Positions 37,657 to 49,080 of a stretch of 64,000 bases of DNA are shown here, one piece after another (within the stretch, counting starts at the first letter, position 1; every line of letters starts with the position of its first letter). The stretch is taken from positions 310,001 to 374,000 of the forward strand of contig NW_027590182.1 of the NCBI RefSeq assembly GCF_964213995.1, in the 5' to 3' direction. A program made the translations under genes and the position numbers. Source of the DNA: Mustelus asterias. Lineage: Eukaryota. A model generated the notes under the pieces. That model did not search any database. It was not told the origin of the DNA and saw nothing but the letters and a program-made list of their open reading frames with translations.

Positions 37657-37883
37657 GAAATGAAAGTGGTCAAAGTCCCAGAGGACCACAGACTGATCTC
37701 CGCTTTGAGAGAGAGCTGACCGGTGGTGGTTTAACCTGAGGGTCACCACACATCAAATGAGGGACAAGGTTGAGAAGGTGGGGCATTTGTGTGTAACCTC
37801 AGCCAGTACGGGAGTTGAACCTGCACTGTTGGTACCACTCCACACCACAAACAAGCCATCCAGCCAACTGAGCTAACTGACCC
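37657..37883 (-). mobile_element. tRNA-derived SINE of a third family (possibly MetaSINE-type)
   Basis: Reverse complement has A-box tagctcagttgg, B-box ggttcaactcc and body gtggtgaccctcaggttaaaccaccaccggtc. The family name is tentative. Confidence 0.6.
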
Positions 37884-38850
37884 TCTCATCAACATATAAT
37901 AATCCCTGAAATATTAGCTATTACCTGTCTCCTATTATACCTTTTGATGCAGTTTCCCAATCCATCTCAGATACAGGATCTCATATATTAGTTTTCTTCT
38001 GTGAGAAACATCCCGATAAATTAAACAAAAGAACCATATAAGTACCACAGCCCATCTCCATGGCAATGTCACATACTTCAGTGGGGTTCCAAACAGAATT
38101 ACGAATGAAATATCTTTGAACTGACAAACGTGCTTCACTCTTGTGATCCTTGTGAAATTTGAAGACAAGAAATGTGCTCTCCCAGGCTCAAAGATCATCA
38201 GCCCACTGGAGGCAAAGCCGTGAGTCCGGCCAGTCCAGCAGAAAGAAACCCTCTGACTCTCCCCGTTGACCAACTGAGAGAATGAACAAAATGCAGTCCT
38301 GGACATAAGTGAGAGCAGAAACAATAACAGCAGAATCCAAACCCTGGAATCACTTGTGAACTCGCTGGTGTCTCAGCAGATGGAATGAGTAAGCAATTCC
38401 ATTCCCACGTTGAGAGCAGGTGAACGACCCCTACTCTGTGTGAACTCGCCAGTGTTTCTGCAGGGAGGATGAATCACTGAATATCTTCCCACATTGAGAG
38501 CAGGTGAACGGTTTCTCTCCAGTGTGGATTTGCTGGTGTGTCTGCAGTTTGAAAAGCCAAGAGAAGACCTTCCCACAGTGAGAGCAGGTGAATGGTCTCT
38601 CCCCAGTGTGGATTCGCTGGTGTATCTGCAGGTTGGATAACTGACTGAATCCCTTCCCACATTGAAAGCAGGTGAATGGCCTCTCCCCAGTGTGAATGCG
38701 CTGGTGTATTTGCAGAGCGGATGAATCACTGAATCCCTTCCCACACTGAGAGCAGGTGAATGGCCTCTCCCCAGTGTGAACCCGCTGATGTCTCAATAGA
38801 TTGGCTGACATGGTGAATCCCTTCCCACACACGGAGCAGGTGAATGGCCT

Positions 38851-39864
38851 CTACCCAGTGTGAACTCTCTGGTGTGTCAGCAGCTGGGATGAGAGAGGGA
38901 ATCTCTTCCCACACTGGGAGCAGATAAATGGCTTCTGCCCAGTATGAACTTGCTGGTGTCTCTGCAGGGTTGATGGATCAGTGAATCCCTTCCCACACAC
39001 AGAGCAGGTGAACGGCCTCTCCCCGCTGTGAACTCGTCGGTGTCTCCGCAGATGGGATGAATCACTGAACCGCTTCCCACATTGAGGGCAGGTGAATGGC
39101 CTCTCCCCAGTGTGAACTCGCTGGTGTACCCGCAGGTGGGATGAATAACTGAATCCCTTTCCACACTGAGAGCAGGTGAACGGTTTCTCCCCGGTGTGAA
39201 CTCGCTGGTGTATCAGCAGGGAGGATGACTGAGTGAATCCCTCCCCACACTGAGAGCAGGTGAACGGTTTTTCCCCGGTGTGAACTTGCTGGTGTATCCG
39301 CAGGTGGGATGACTGAGTGAATCCCTCCCCACACTGAGAGCAGGTGAACGGTTTTTCCCCGGTGTGAACTTGCTGGTGTATCCGCAGGTGGGATGACTGA
39401 GTGAATCCCTCCCCACACTGAGAACAGGTGAACGGTTTCTCCCCGGTGTGAACTCGCTTGTGGGACTGTAGGAAGGATAGCCGAGTGAATCCCTCCCCAC
39501 ACTCAGCGCACGTGAATGGCCTCTCTCCAGTGTGAACTCGCTGGTGTGTCTGCAGGTGGGATGACTGAGTGAATCCCTTCCCACACTGAGAGCAGATGAA
39601 TGGTCTCTCTCCAGTGTGAACTCTCTTGTGGCACTGTAGGAAGGATAGCCGAGTGAATCCCTTCCCACACTGAGAGCAGGTGAATGGCCTCTCTCCAGTG
39701 TGAACTCGCTGGTGTGTCAGCAGGTGGGATGACTGAGTGGATCCCTTCCCACACTGAGAGCAGGTGAATGGCTTCTCCCCAGTGTGAATGCGCTGATGGA
39801 TTTCCAGTTGTGACGAAAACCTGAATTCCTTCCCACAGTCCCCACATTTCCATGGTTTCTCCAT
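38851..39864 (-). CDS. C2H2 zinc-finger protein G, 12 fingers before a premature TAG
   Basis: accATGg MEKPWKC...HTG*. The same frame continues past the TAG with 5 intact fingers, a second TAG (38433-38431) and a degenerate finger to a TGA at 38352-38350. Confidence 0.85.
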   Translation of the reverse strand: MEKPWKCGDCGKEFRFSSQLEIHQRIHTGEKPFTCSQCGKGSTQSSHLLTHQRVHTGERPFTCSQCGKGFTRLSFLQCHKRVHTGERPFICSQCGKGFTQSSHLQTHQRVHTGERPFTCAECGEGFTRLSFLQSHKRVHTGEKPFTCSQCGEGFTQSSHLRIHQQVHTGEKPFTCSQCGEGFTQSSHLRIHQQVHTGEKPFTCSQCGEGFTQSSSLLIHQRVHTGEKPFTCSQCGKGFSYSSHLRVHQRVHTGERPFTCPQCGKRFSDSSHLRRHRRVHSGERPFTCSVCGKGFTDPSTLQRHQQVHTGQKPFICSQCGKRFPLSSQLLTHQRVHTG

Positions 39865-40494
39865 GGTGCTGGTGTCCTTGTGTCTCTCCAGGTTGGACGA
39901 TCAGTTGCAGCTTCATCCACACACAGAACACAGGTACAGTTGCTCTTTTTTGTGAATGGTGTGATATCTCTTCAGGCTGTGTCACTGGTTCAAGCTCTTT
40001 CCACAGTCAGTTCACTGGAACACTCTCACTCAGGTGTGTGTGTGTCTCGGTGCTTTTCCAATCACACTGATGTTTGAAATCTTTTAAAGCCGACAGATCG
40101 TGACTCTGTCAGATCGAGATGTGACATTTGAGATTTCTGTCTGTGATTCCTCCTCTTCTGATATCCTTTAAAAACAATTTACAAAAAACATCACAGTCAG
40201 AACAGACAATTCTCGCTTCTATGGGAACATCCTTTCCTCTGTCATTAATGAAAATCTGTAAATCTCCATCCCACACATTGTCCCTCCATTCTCACGCTGC
40301 CGGATCTAACATTCAGCCACCCAACACTCCTGATGGTGCTGATTCAGGATGAATGACAGATCCATGCTCACTGCTTCCTGTCCTGGACAGCGAGGTCAGA
40401 ACAAATAGAGTTGTCCTGTCTCGAGAGACTAAATAGTCTGGGTCTGTGTTCCTTGGAGTTTAGAAGAGTGAGGATGACTTTATTCAAACATATA

Positions 40495-41008
40495 ATTTGA
40501 TTTGATTCATTATTGTCGCACGTATTAACAAACAGTGAAAAGTATTGTTTCTTGCGCACTATACAGACAAAGCATACCATTCATAGAGAAGGAAGCAAGA
40601 GAGTGCAGAATGTAGTGTTACAGTCATAGCTCGGGTGTAGAGAAAGAGCAACTTAATGCAAGGTAAGTCCATTCAAAAGTCTGACAGCAGCAGGCCCCTT
40701 TCTGCACTGTAGGGTTTCTATGAAATGCCTTTTTATGGTAGATGCCCTCAGACTTTTGTATCTTTTTCCCGACGGAAGAAGGTGGAAGAGAGAATGTCCG
40801 GGGTGTGTGGGGTCCTTGATTATGCTGGCTGCTTCGCCAAGGCAGTGGGAAGTGTAGACAGAGTCAATGGATGGGGGGCCCTGGTTTGCGTGATGGATTG
40901 GGCTACATTCACGACATTTTGTAGTTCCTTGCGGTCTTGGGCAGAGCAGGAGCCACATTAAAACTGTGATACAACCAGAAAGAATGCTTGCTATGGTGCA
41001 TCTGTAAA
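40495..41008 (-). mobile_element. Rex1/Babar 3' fragment
   Basis: AASIIKDPTHPGHSLFHLLPSGKRYKSL in ORF 40653..40958. tttga tail at 40496. Confidence 0.85.
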
Positions 41009-41085
41009 TCTGTATAAGATCCTGAGGGAGCTTGATAGAGTAGATGGTGAGATATTTTCACGAGAGGAAGAGAACACGCTACAAG

Positions 41086-41431
41086 GGGCGGCATGGTAGC
41101 ACAGTGGTTAGCACTGCTGCTTCACAGCTCCAGGGACCTGGGTTCAATTCCCGGCTTGGGTCACTGTCTGTGTGGAGTTTGCACATTCTCCTCGTGTCTG
41201 CGTGGGTTTCCTCCGGGTGCTCCGGTTTCCTCCCACAGTCCAAAGATGTGCAGGTTAGGTTGATTGGCCATGCTAAAATTGCCCCTTAGTGTCCTGGGAT
41301 GCGTAGATTAGAGGGATTAGCGGGTAAATATGTAGGGATATGGGGGTAGGGCCTGGGTGGGATTGTGGTCGGTGCAGACTCGATGGGCCAAATAGCCTCT
41401 TTCTGTACTGTAGGGTTTCTATGTTTCTATG
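41086..41431 (+). mobile_element. HE1-like V-SINE, full length, young, nested in a CR1 3' fragment (about 41010-41702)
   Basis: gggcggcatggtagcacagtggttagc...gggtttctatgtttctatg. Confidence 0.92.
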
Positions 41432-41704
41432 AAGTTAAAGGGCCAGTCATTTAAAACTGAGGTGCGGAGAAATTTCTTCTCGCTGAGGGTGGTGAATCTC
41501 TGGAATTCTCTGCTCCAAAGGATGGTAGAGGCTGAATCATTAGAAATATTTAAAATGGAGGTGGATAAATATTTGATAGATTGAGGAATAGAGGGCGATG
41601 GGGAAATGGCTCACAAAAGGAGGCCGGCATCGATCAGCCAGGATTGTTCTGAATGGCAGGGTCGCTTGAAGGGCCTGGTGGCCTCTCCTGCTTCTATTTC
41701 TTGT

Positions 41705-42530
41705 GATCAGTTGCTGCAAGTCCCCAATTTCCCCCAGAATGAGAAAAGAAATGGAAAGGGGGAGAAAAGAAAGTGTTTTACTCACAGATGTTGGCCTCTT
41801 TTAAGGTCAAACCAAATAAACAAACAGGAGGAAGTTTCAGTCAGTCTGAAGCGCAATCTTCTTTCACACAAAGCCCGTCCTGTGATTGGCTGGAGGACCA
41901 GAGTCCTTCCGGTCCTCCAATTCTTCCCATTGGTCAACACCTCAGCGTGAAGGTCAGGGGGCGGGCTCTCCCCTGCACATGCGCAGTTTCCCCTCTCCCT
42001 CAGGGCCGGGTGCCTGGAAACCTTGGCTCGAGGAGGTGCCGGGGGAGGGGGGTACAAAGGGTGGGGTCGGGGCTCCCATGTCCGGGCGTCCGGGCCTGCG
42101 CACTGGGATCCAAGGATGTTGGCGCGGAGCAGAGTGATTGCTGTTGGATTGAGTCGTCACAATGACTCAGAGGGGCGTTCCCAGCACGCAGTGTCCCATT
42201 GGCAGCAATATCACTGGTTACAGAAGCAGCACACTGCGGATTGGACACCAGCTCAGCGCGGCTGGCGGTCAAAGCCCCGCCCACCCCCACGTGGGCTCGG
42301 GTTCCGCCCCTTATTGTCTACATGCGGCAGATTGACCAATGGCAATGCGTGGAGGACCGGATCAGCCCTGGTCCTCCAGCCAGTCAGAGTCCGGGCCTTG
42401 TGTCAATGGCTGCACGAATGTTCCTCCATTGTTTGTCCAACAAACTGCTGCTCATCCTCCTCCTCTCTCTGAACAAAGATTGAGCTTCAGATAGATTCAA
42501 TCTTCCTCCTGTCTCCAACCTCTGTGAGTG
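41705..42530. promoter_or_regulatory. Candidate bidirectional promoter P4 (type 1) upstream of ZF G (-)
   Basis: Outward-facing donors GTGAGT at 41785-41780 (-) and 42524 (+). Several CCAAT/ATTGG boxes, GCACATGCGCA at 41975, GC boxes. Homologous to 56540-57060. Confidence 0.68.
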
Positions 42531-42534
42531 GGAA

Positions 42535-43780
42535 AGATTGGATTGTCCAGCCAGTCCACCATATTGGCCGTTCGCTTTGCGTGTTGGCCAGTATGGTGTG
42601 CTCCAGGCAGGGGGCGGGCAGAGGATAAGGAGTTCAAGGCGGGCTTAATGCGCGCCTTGCGGTGAGCTTTTGGAAATGTGGCCGCTGGGAGGAACGCCTT
42701 GGTCGGCGTGAAGTTTCTGTTCCAAGTGCTTGGGTTCGTGACTTGTGCAAGAACTTTTTGTTTCGGCTGGGGCTTGTTGAATGCTGCTCTCGCTGGGATT
42801 CCTGTGCCTTGAAAGGCGTGGCCCGGGTGGATGCAGTCTCGGAGGGCCCAAGCCAGGGAGGAGCCATTTGGGAACTATGGTTTCGGAAGGTTCAGCCGCG
42901 GAGGGTGTGACCCCAGACGGTGCAGCCCCAGTGAGTGTGATTTTGGAAGATCTGGCCCGGAGTGGTGGACTTTGGAGGACTGTAGTTGAGCGTTGTCGAC
43001 TTCGGACGGTGGAATGTTGATGGGCGAAGCTCTGGAAGGCGATGCCTCCGAAATGTTTCACAATTGTATGGTTGTTCATGGATTGTTTGTTATTGTAATA
43101 TGTGGTTTTCCTGTTATGATAGTTGGTGGTTTGTTCCGGCCCCCGTCTATTTTCTTGCGTTATTTGTGGCCTGGGGGGCATCCCCCCCCTGGATAAAGTC
43201 ACCCCCGGGGGGTGTGACATCCACTTGGGGAAAGTTCTGGGTGGTGAAGCCCCGGACATAGTAACACCAGAGGGATTTTTATTCTCCGGGAGAAAAATTG
43301 GGAAGGCAGGCCCGAACTGAGTACCCTGGAGAGACTCTCCCACCGCCCCGGCTGAAATTCCGGAAGGGATTCCGGATTGAGTAGGCGGGGTGGTTTCCCC
43401 CATTTCCCCCCTCCGGCTGAACATCCGTAAGGTGTAACCCCCGGATGTGAGTACCACTGGAGGGTTGCATCCCCCGGCAGGTGGACAAACCCAGGGGACG
43501 GTGCCCTTATGCTTCAGTGTTTATTTTTTTTGTTGTGTACAGTTGTAGTGTTGTGTTAATGTTTGTAGATTTGTAGATTATGATTTGTAAATGGAGGTGT
43601 ATTTTGAGGGCAATGCCCTGGAAAACTGTAATTGACGATGAACCCTTCCGAAATGGAAGGTAGTAACTGATAAATGGATGGCGTTTAGCCATTGGTAATG
43701 TATTTTTTTCACATTTGTTCTTTGTGTATTTGTAATTGTTTTGTATTAACGTATTTGTAATAAACAAAAAGAAACCAACA
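42535..43780 (+). other. Unassigned G+T-skewed insert, possibly the 3' end of an L1/Tx1-clade retrotransposon
   Basis: CpG-retaining G/T-rich segment, a short-repeat-rich middle, and a T-rich end with aataaa plus an A-rich run at about 43759-43774. No diagnostic protein motif recognised. Confidence 0.3.
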
Positions 43781-43888
43781 GTGTTGTTGTGTGTGTTAGC
43801 AGCATTGAATTTGCTGCTGCAAATCATCAACATTTCTTTGCATGTGAAAGCACTGGTTGAAAGAACTGAGCAGTTTTCTCTGCCCTGT

Positions 43889-43959
43889 GCATTGGTGGTT
43901 CAGTGGTAGAATTCTTGCCTGTCATGCGGGAGGCCTGGGTTCGATTCCCGAACAAGGCA
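43889..43959 (+). tRNA. tRNA-Gly(GCC)-derived gene with GTC anticodon; probably a pseudogene
   Basis: GCATTGGTGGTTCAGTGGTAGAATTCTTGCCT-GTC-ATGCGGGAGGCCTGGGTTCGATTCCCGAACAAGGCA is collinear with vertebrate tRNA-Gly-GCC. A and B boxes intact, two acceptor-stem mismatches, T4 at 43970-43973. Confidence 0.85.
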
Positions 43960-44774
43960 AAGCCACTTCTTTTACCTTAAAAGAGGCCAACATCTGTGAG
44001 TAAAACACTTTCTTTTCTCCCCCTTTCCATTTATTTTCTCATTCTGGGGAAAATTGGGGACTTGCAGCAACTGAAGGGAAAGGAAGTGAATCCAGTCTGT
44101 ACATTCCACACATTGTTAGTCCAGTCAGATAGACATATATCTGTCTGGCAGCCTGCATGGAGATTTCTAGCTCTCTGTGTCCAGGGCAGGAAGCAGTGAG
44201 CATGGATCTGTCAATCAGCCTCAATCAGCACCTTCAGGAGAATTGGGAGGGTGAATATTAGATACAGCAGAGTGAGAATGGAGGGAGAGTGTGTGGGATG
44301 GAGATTTACAGCTTTTGGGGAATGAGAGAGGAAGAATGTTCCATAGAAACTGGAATTGTCTGTTCTGAATTTCTATCCTGTGCTGACATTGATGAATTTT
44401 TCAAACTCGTTTCAGGATATGAGGAGGTGAGGATTGACAGACCAAAATCTTGAAACAAACATCACATCAGCATCCGACACCCTCACTCAATTCATCCGGA
44501 CCTGAATATTATCGGCCTTTGAATCTAGAAGGAGAAATGTTTCCCTGTTCTGTCTGCGTCAACAGGCCTTTAATATCAATGTGACTGGAAAAGTACCAAG
44601 GCACAGATACACCCGAGTGAGAGTGTTCCAGTGAACTGAGTGTGGAAAGAGCTTTAACCAGTTACACAGCCTGAAAATACATCGCAGCATTCACAGCAGG
44701 GAGAGACTGTACCCACATTCTGTGTGAGATTTAACTGATTGTTTAACCTGGAGAGTCACAAGGACACCCGCATC

Positions 44775-45521
44775 ATGGAGAAACCGTGGAAATGTGGGGA
44801 CTGTGGGAAGAGATACAGAGCCCCCTGTGACCTGGAAATTCATCGACGTATTCACACTGGGGAGAGGCCATTCATCTGCTCTGTGTGTGGGCAGAGATTC
44901 ACTCGGTTATATCATCTGCAGCGACATCGGCTGGTTCACACTGGAGAAAGAGCGTTCATGTGCTTTGAGTGTGGGAACGGATTCGCTCATTTACCCGATC
45001 TGCAGAAACACCAGCGCGTTCACACTGGAGAGAGACCATTCATCTGCTTGGTGTGTGGGAAAGGATTTATGCAGTTATCCAATCTGTCAAAACACAAAGT
45101 CACTCACAGCAATGAGAGACCCTTTAAATGCTCTGACTGTGGGCGTGATTTCAAAAGCTCTCGGGAACTGATGATTCACCAGCGCATTCACACTGGGGAG
45201 AGACCATTCAGCTGCTCTCACTGCTCAAAGAGATTTAGAACATCATCCCACCTGCGGATACACCAGCGAATTCACACTGGGGAGAGACCGTTCACCTGCT
45301 CTGTGTGTGGGAAGGGATTCACTCAGTCATCCAGCCTGCTGAACCACAATCTCACTCACACCAATGAGAGACCCTTTAAATGTTCTGACTGTGGAAGTGG
45401 TTTCAAAAGCTCTCGGGAACTGATGATTCACCAGCGCATTCACACTGAGGAGAGACCGTTCAGCTGCTCTCACTGCACAAAGAGATTTAGAACATCATCC
45501 CACCTGCGGCAACACCAGTGA
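44775..45521 (+). CDS. C2H2 zinc-finger protein H, 8 complete fingers, 9th cut by CGA>TGA
   Basis: atcATGg MEKPWKC... The frame continues after the TGA to an ancestral stop at 45615-45617. Acceptor near 44416, donor at 43996. Confidence 0.82.
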   Translation: MEKPWKCGDCGKRYRAPCDLEIHRRIHTGERPFICSVCGQRFTRLYHLQRHRLVHTGERAFMCFECGNGFAHLPDLQKHQRVHTGERPFICLVCGKGFMQLSNLSKHKVTHSNERPFKCSDCGRDFKSSRELMIHQRIHTGERPFSCSHCSKRFRTSSHLRIHQRIHTGERPFTCSVCGKGFTQSSSLLNHNLTHTNERPFKCSDCGSGFKSSRELMIHQRIHTEERPFSCSHCTKRFRTSSHLRQHQ

Positions 45522-45614
<93 letters not shown>

Positions 45615-46025
45615 TGATGACGGGTTGGATTCTGCTGTTATTCCTGCCATTAATCACATTCAGGACTGAACCATGTTTATTCTTATAGTTGGTGAAGTGG
45701 AAGGGTAGGAGAGATTCTTTCTGCTGGACTGGCCGATCGCTCGACTTTGCTTCCAGTGGGCTGATGCTCTTTGAGCCTGGGAGAGCACATTTCCACTGAA
45801 ATGATCCACAAAAGCTGATGAAGGACATTTATTTTATCCTGGATAGTAAATAGTGTTTTTCCCCCCACTACAGGTAGATCTGAAATAAATACAGAAAGAA
45901 CTGGAAAAACGCAGCAGGTCTGGCAGCATCTGTGGAGAGAGAAACAGAGTTAACATTTCACACTGCTGGATTGGGAATCGATCTAGGAAACCTCCTCTGA
46001 ACTGCTTCCATGGTATTTATAAAAT

Positions 46026-46350
46026 GGGACAGCACGGCAGCACAGTGGTTAGCACTGCTGCATCATAACACCAGGGACCCAGGTTCAATTCCAGCCTGGG
46101 TCACTGTCTGTGTGGAGTTTGCACGTTCTCCCCATGTCTGTGTGGGTTTCATCCGGGTGCTCCGGTTTCCTCCCACAGTCCAAAGATGTGCGGGTTAGGT
46201 GGATTGGCTATGCTAAATTGACCCTTGTGTCAGGGGGATTAGCAGGGTAAATGTGTGGGGTTATGGGAATAGGGCCTGGGTGGGATGCTGTTTGGTACAG
46301 ACTCAATGGACAGAACGGCCTCTGTCTGTACTGCAGGGATCCTACGATCC
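46026..46350 (+). mobile_element. HE1-like V-SINE (same position relative to its gene as 1-545)
   Basis: Full head, V-domain and tail. The flank matches the reverse complement of 546-700. Confidence 0.9.
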
Positions 46351-46927
46351 TTTGTTTAATTGGAGACAAAACTGCACCCGGTGTTCAAGATGCAGTTTCA
46401 GCAACGCCCTGTATAACTGAAGCAGAACATCTTTACTTCAATGTTCAATTTCTCTCGTAATAAAGGATAGCATTCCATTTGTGAGAATGGTGATTTATTT
46501 GAACTAAGACTTATGAGATTCTCTTGTTTACAATAACTCCATAACTGTAAATCACACCAGGTTCCAGTGACTTAACCATGTGGCTCGAAAGAATACTTTA
46601 AATGGTGAATTCAGGAAGTTTATTAACCATTAAAAATGTAACAAGTTAGAAAGATAAAAAAGGAAAGTATCGATTAACAGTAAAAGGAGAAAGCTCAGCT
46701 TTAACAATTGAATGTATGAACTTATGAAATGTTATGGGGAGAAGCAGGAACTAGGGATGAGGAGCATATCAGCCATGATCGAATGATTCGATGGGCCGAA
46801 TGGCCTAATTCTGCTCCAAGATCTTATGAACAGATTTCTCTCTATCCTTTTCAGACCAGGACATGAAGTGATGGCTCCGAAACCATGGATAACTTGTAAA
46901 ATCAACAGCTCCCAACACCTCTCTGTA

Positions 46928-47385
46928 GGGCACAGTGGTTTGCGCTGCTGCCTCACAGCGCCAGGGACCTGGGTTCGACTCCCGGCTTGGGTCACAGTAT
47001 GCACATTCTCCCCGTGTCTGCGTGGGTTTCCTTCGGGTGCTCTGGTTTCCTCCCACAGTCCGAAAGACATGCTGGTTTTCAGAGTAACTTCAATGCAGTG
47101 TTAATGTAAGCCGACTTGTGACACTAATAAATGAAGTTCCGGGGAAAATCCCCGAGTCACCACACTCTGGCATCTGTTTGGGTTACACTGAGGGAGAATT
47201 TAGCATGGTCAATGCACCTAACCAGCACATCTTTTGGACTGTGGGAGGAAACCAGAGCACCCGGAAGAAAACCCGGCAGACACGGGAACAACGTGCAAAG
47301 TCCACAGAGTCACCCAAGCCGGGAATCAAACCCAGGTCCCTGGCGCTGAGGCAGCAGTGCTAACCAGTGTGCCACCGGGCCACCC
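46928..47385. mobile_element. Two V-SINEs tail-to-tail (+ 46928-47131; - 47132-47385), alternative-tail subfamily
   Basis: V-domains at about 47000-47060 (+) and 47235-47300 (-). Confidence 0.8.
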
Positions 47386-47395
47386 TAACAAGTCT

Positions 47396-49080
47396 TGTTA
47401 TGTTTTTTTCCATTCTGTTGGCATCAGAAGGCAATATCTTATAATTCCCACAGCATTTTAACCATTCTTATTATGTTTATAATTCTAAAAGTTAAGAACT
47501 TTTGTGTTCAAATTTACATTTCTAGCCTAACATCTGTATTAATGAATCATTTATTCTTTAATTGTTTTACAGTTCAAGCTGTCCATTTAACTAATCTGGC
47601 TGTTTTACAATTGTGGGAACTTCAGTCCACAAATAAGGTAGTCAAATGCATTGTTAAAAGCAGGATGTTCTTTATATAAATTAAAGACAAAGTTTAAAAA
47701 ACAGTGGTAAACAAAAGGGAACAGGAGCATTGGAACCAGCCTGGACTTGCAGACTGAAACCCCACCCAAAGTCCGCACGTGCACAGAAGGGAGAGAGGTT
47801 GAGAAGATCACTCTGTAACACTTCTCCTCCCCTTAAATTTCAATCCCCCATCAGGACAGAAATACAACAAAGTAATGTCTTTAACAATACGGAAGTCTGT
47901 CAGGAGCTTTGTGGTTGCATTGCGACCTGTACAATACCACTGGTAAATCTTGTAATGGTGTTTCTGGAATGGGAGGTGAAGAGGGAGTTTGAGAATCTGT
48001 ACATGAACATTCCTCTTCCACTCCCACAGCAGAGTCAACTGGCAAAGCTGGACCCATTTCCTGGTGAACATCCACAGCAGCATGACCCTCTGCCATGTTC
48101 TCAGTAATGGTTGCTGACTCTGAAACTGTTCCTGACTCAGGGTCACACCGCAAGCGAATATGGTCTTGGTGTCTGCGAACAACTCTTCCGTTTTACAGTC
48201 TCACCACCCAAGATACTGGACCACTTTGGTTTAAAATTATTCCCGGTAACCACCTTTGGTTACTCCCAAAGTTTCTGATGTAAACCTGATCACCCGGTTT
48301 GAACTGCCTCTCTTTGGCGTGGTAGTCGTGTCCCTCCTTCTGCTTCTCTTGTCTCCTGCTCACTTTTGCTCTGAGATCTGGATGAAGCAGATCCAGATGA
48401 GACTTGAACCTTCTACCTAAAAATTCCGCAGGAGAGAGTCCGGTTGTGGCTTGTGGTGTGATGCGAAACTGGAACAAAAATCTTGAGAGCTTGTTCTTAA
48501 AGTATCGCCTGCCATTCTCTTCAATCCCTCCTTCAGAGTTTGAACAGCTCTTTCTGCTCGCCCATTTGTACAGTAAGAAGTTTAACAACACCAGGTTAAA
48601 GTCCAACAGGTTTATTTGTTAGCAAATGCCACGAGCGAACAAATGCATTTGCGAAGAAATAAACCTGTTGGACTTTAACCTGGTGTTGTTAAAACTCTTA
48701 CTGTGTTTACCCCAGTCCGACGCCGGCATCTCCACATCATGCAGACCATTTGTAGCCAGACGAAACGGTGCAGTACGCACATGGCGTAGACCATTCCTTT
48801 ACAGGAATTCCTGAAACACCTCACTTATTAACAGAGTGTCGTTATCTGAAACAAGCCAATCTGGTAACCCAGGGCTTGTGAAAATTTGACAGAGCTTCTC
48901 TATTGTCACAGGAGCTGGAATATTACTCATGATCTGTGCTTCCAACCATTTTGAATGCACATTTACAACGACCAAACACATGTGATTCATGAAAGGCCCC
49001 CCCAAAGGCCACATTTAGTCTGGACCACGGCCGATCAGGCCACTCCCAAGGATGAAGTGGTAATGTACCCAGTGTGTTGT
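47396..49080 (-). mobile_element. Gypsy/Ty3 LTR retrotransposon remnant: integrase, PPT and 3' LTR
   Basis: HPWEWPDRPWSR, VVVNVHSKWLE, GLPDWLVSDN, LSRFLFQFRITPQATTGLSPAE and FKPGDQVYIRN..WLPG on the - strand. PPT AAGGGGAGGAGAAG at 47834-47821. LTR 47820-47396 bounded by TGTTA...TAACA. Confidence 0.85.
48570..48741. mobile_element. Penelope-like family A fold-back inserted in the Gypsy integrase
   Basis: Inverted arms at about 48570-48630 and 48645-48703. CCATTTGTA duplicated at 48562-48570 and 48746-48754. Confidence 0.8.

Noticed and set aside
39865-40070. Selenocysteine or recoding at conserved TGA codons in leader fingers (FQ*TDC has TGA at a Cys position)
   Set aside because: The leaders also carry frameshifts and extra CGA>TGA stops that differ among paralogs, and I could not find a SECIS-like AUGA/AA/GA arrangement in the 3' UTR.
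41086-41170. SINE heads as tRNA genes
   Set aside because: A and B boxes are present, but they run into the V-domain and LINE tail and form no complete cloverleaf.
42645-43457. 270-aa minus-strand ORF as a gene
   Set aside because: No recognisable domain, and its composition follows from strand skew. Kept only as part of the unassigned insert.
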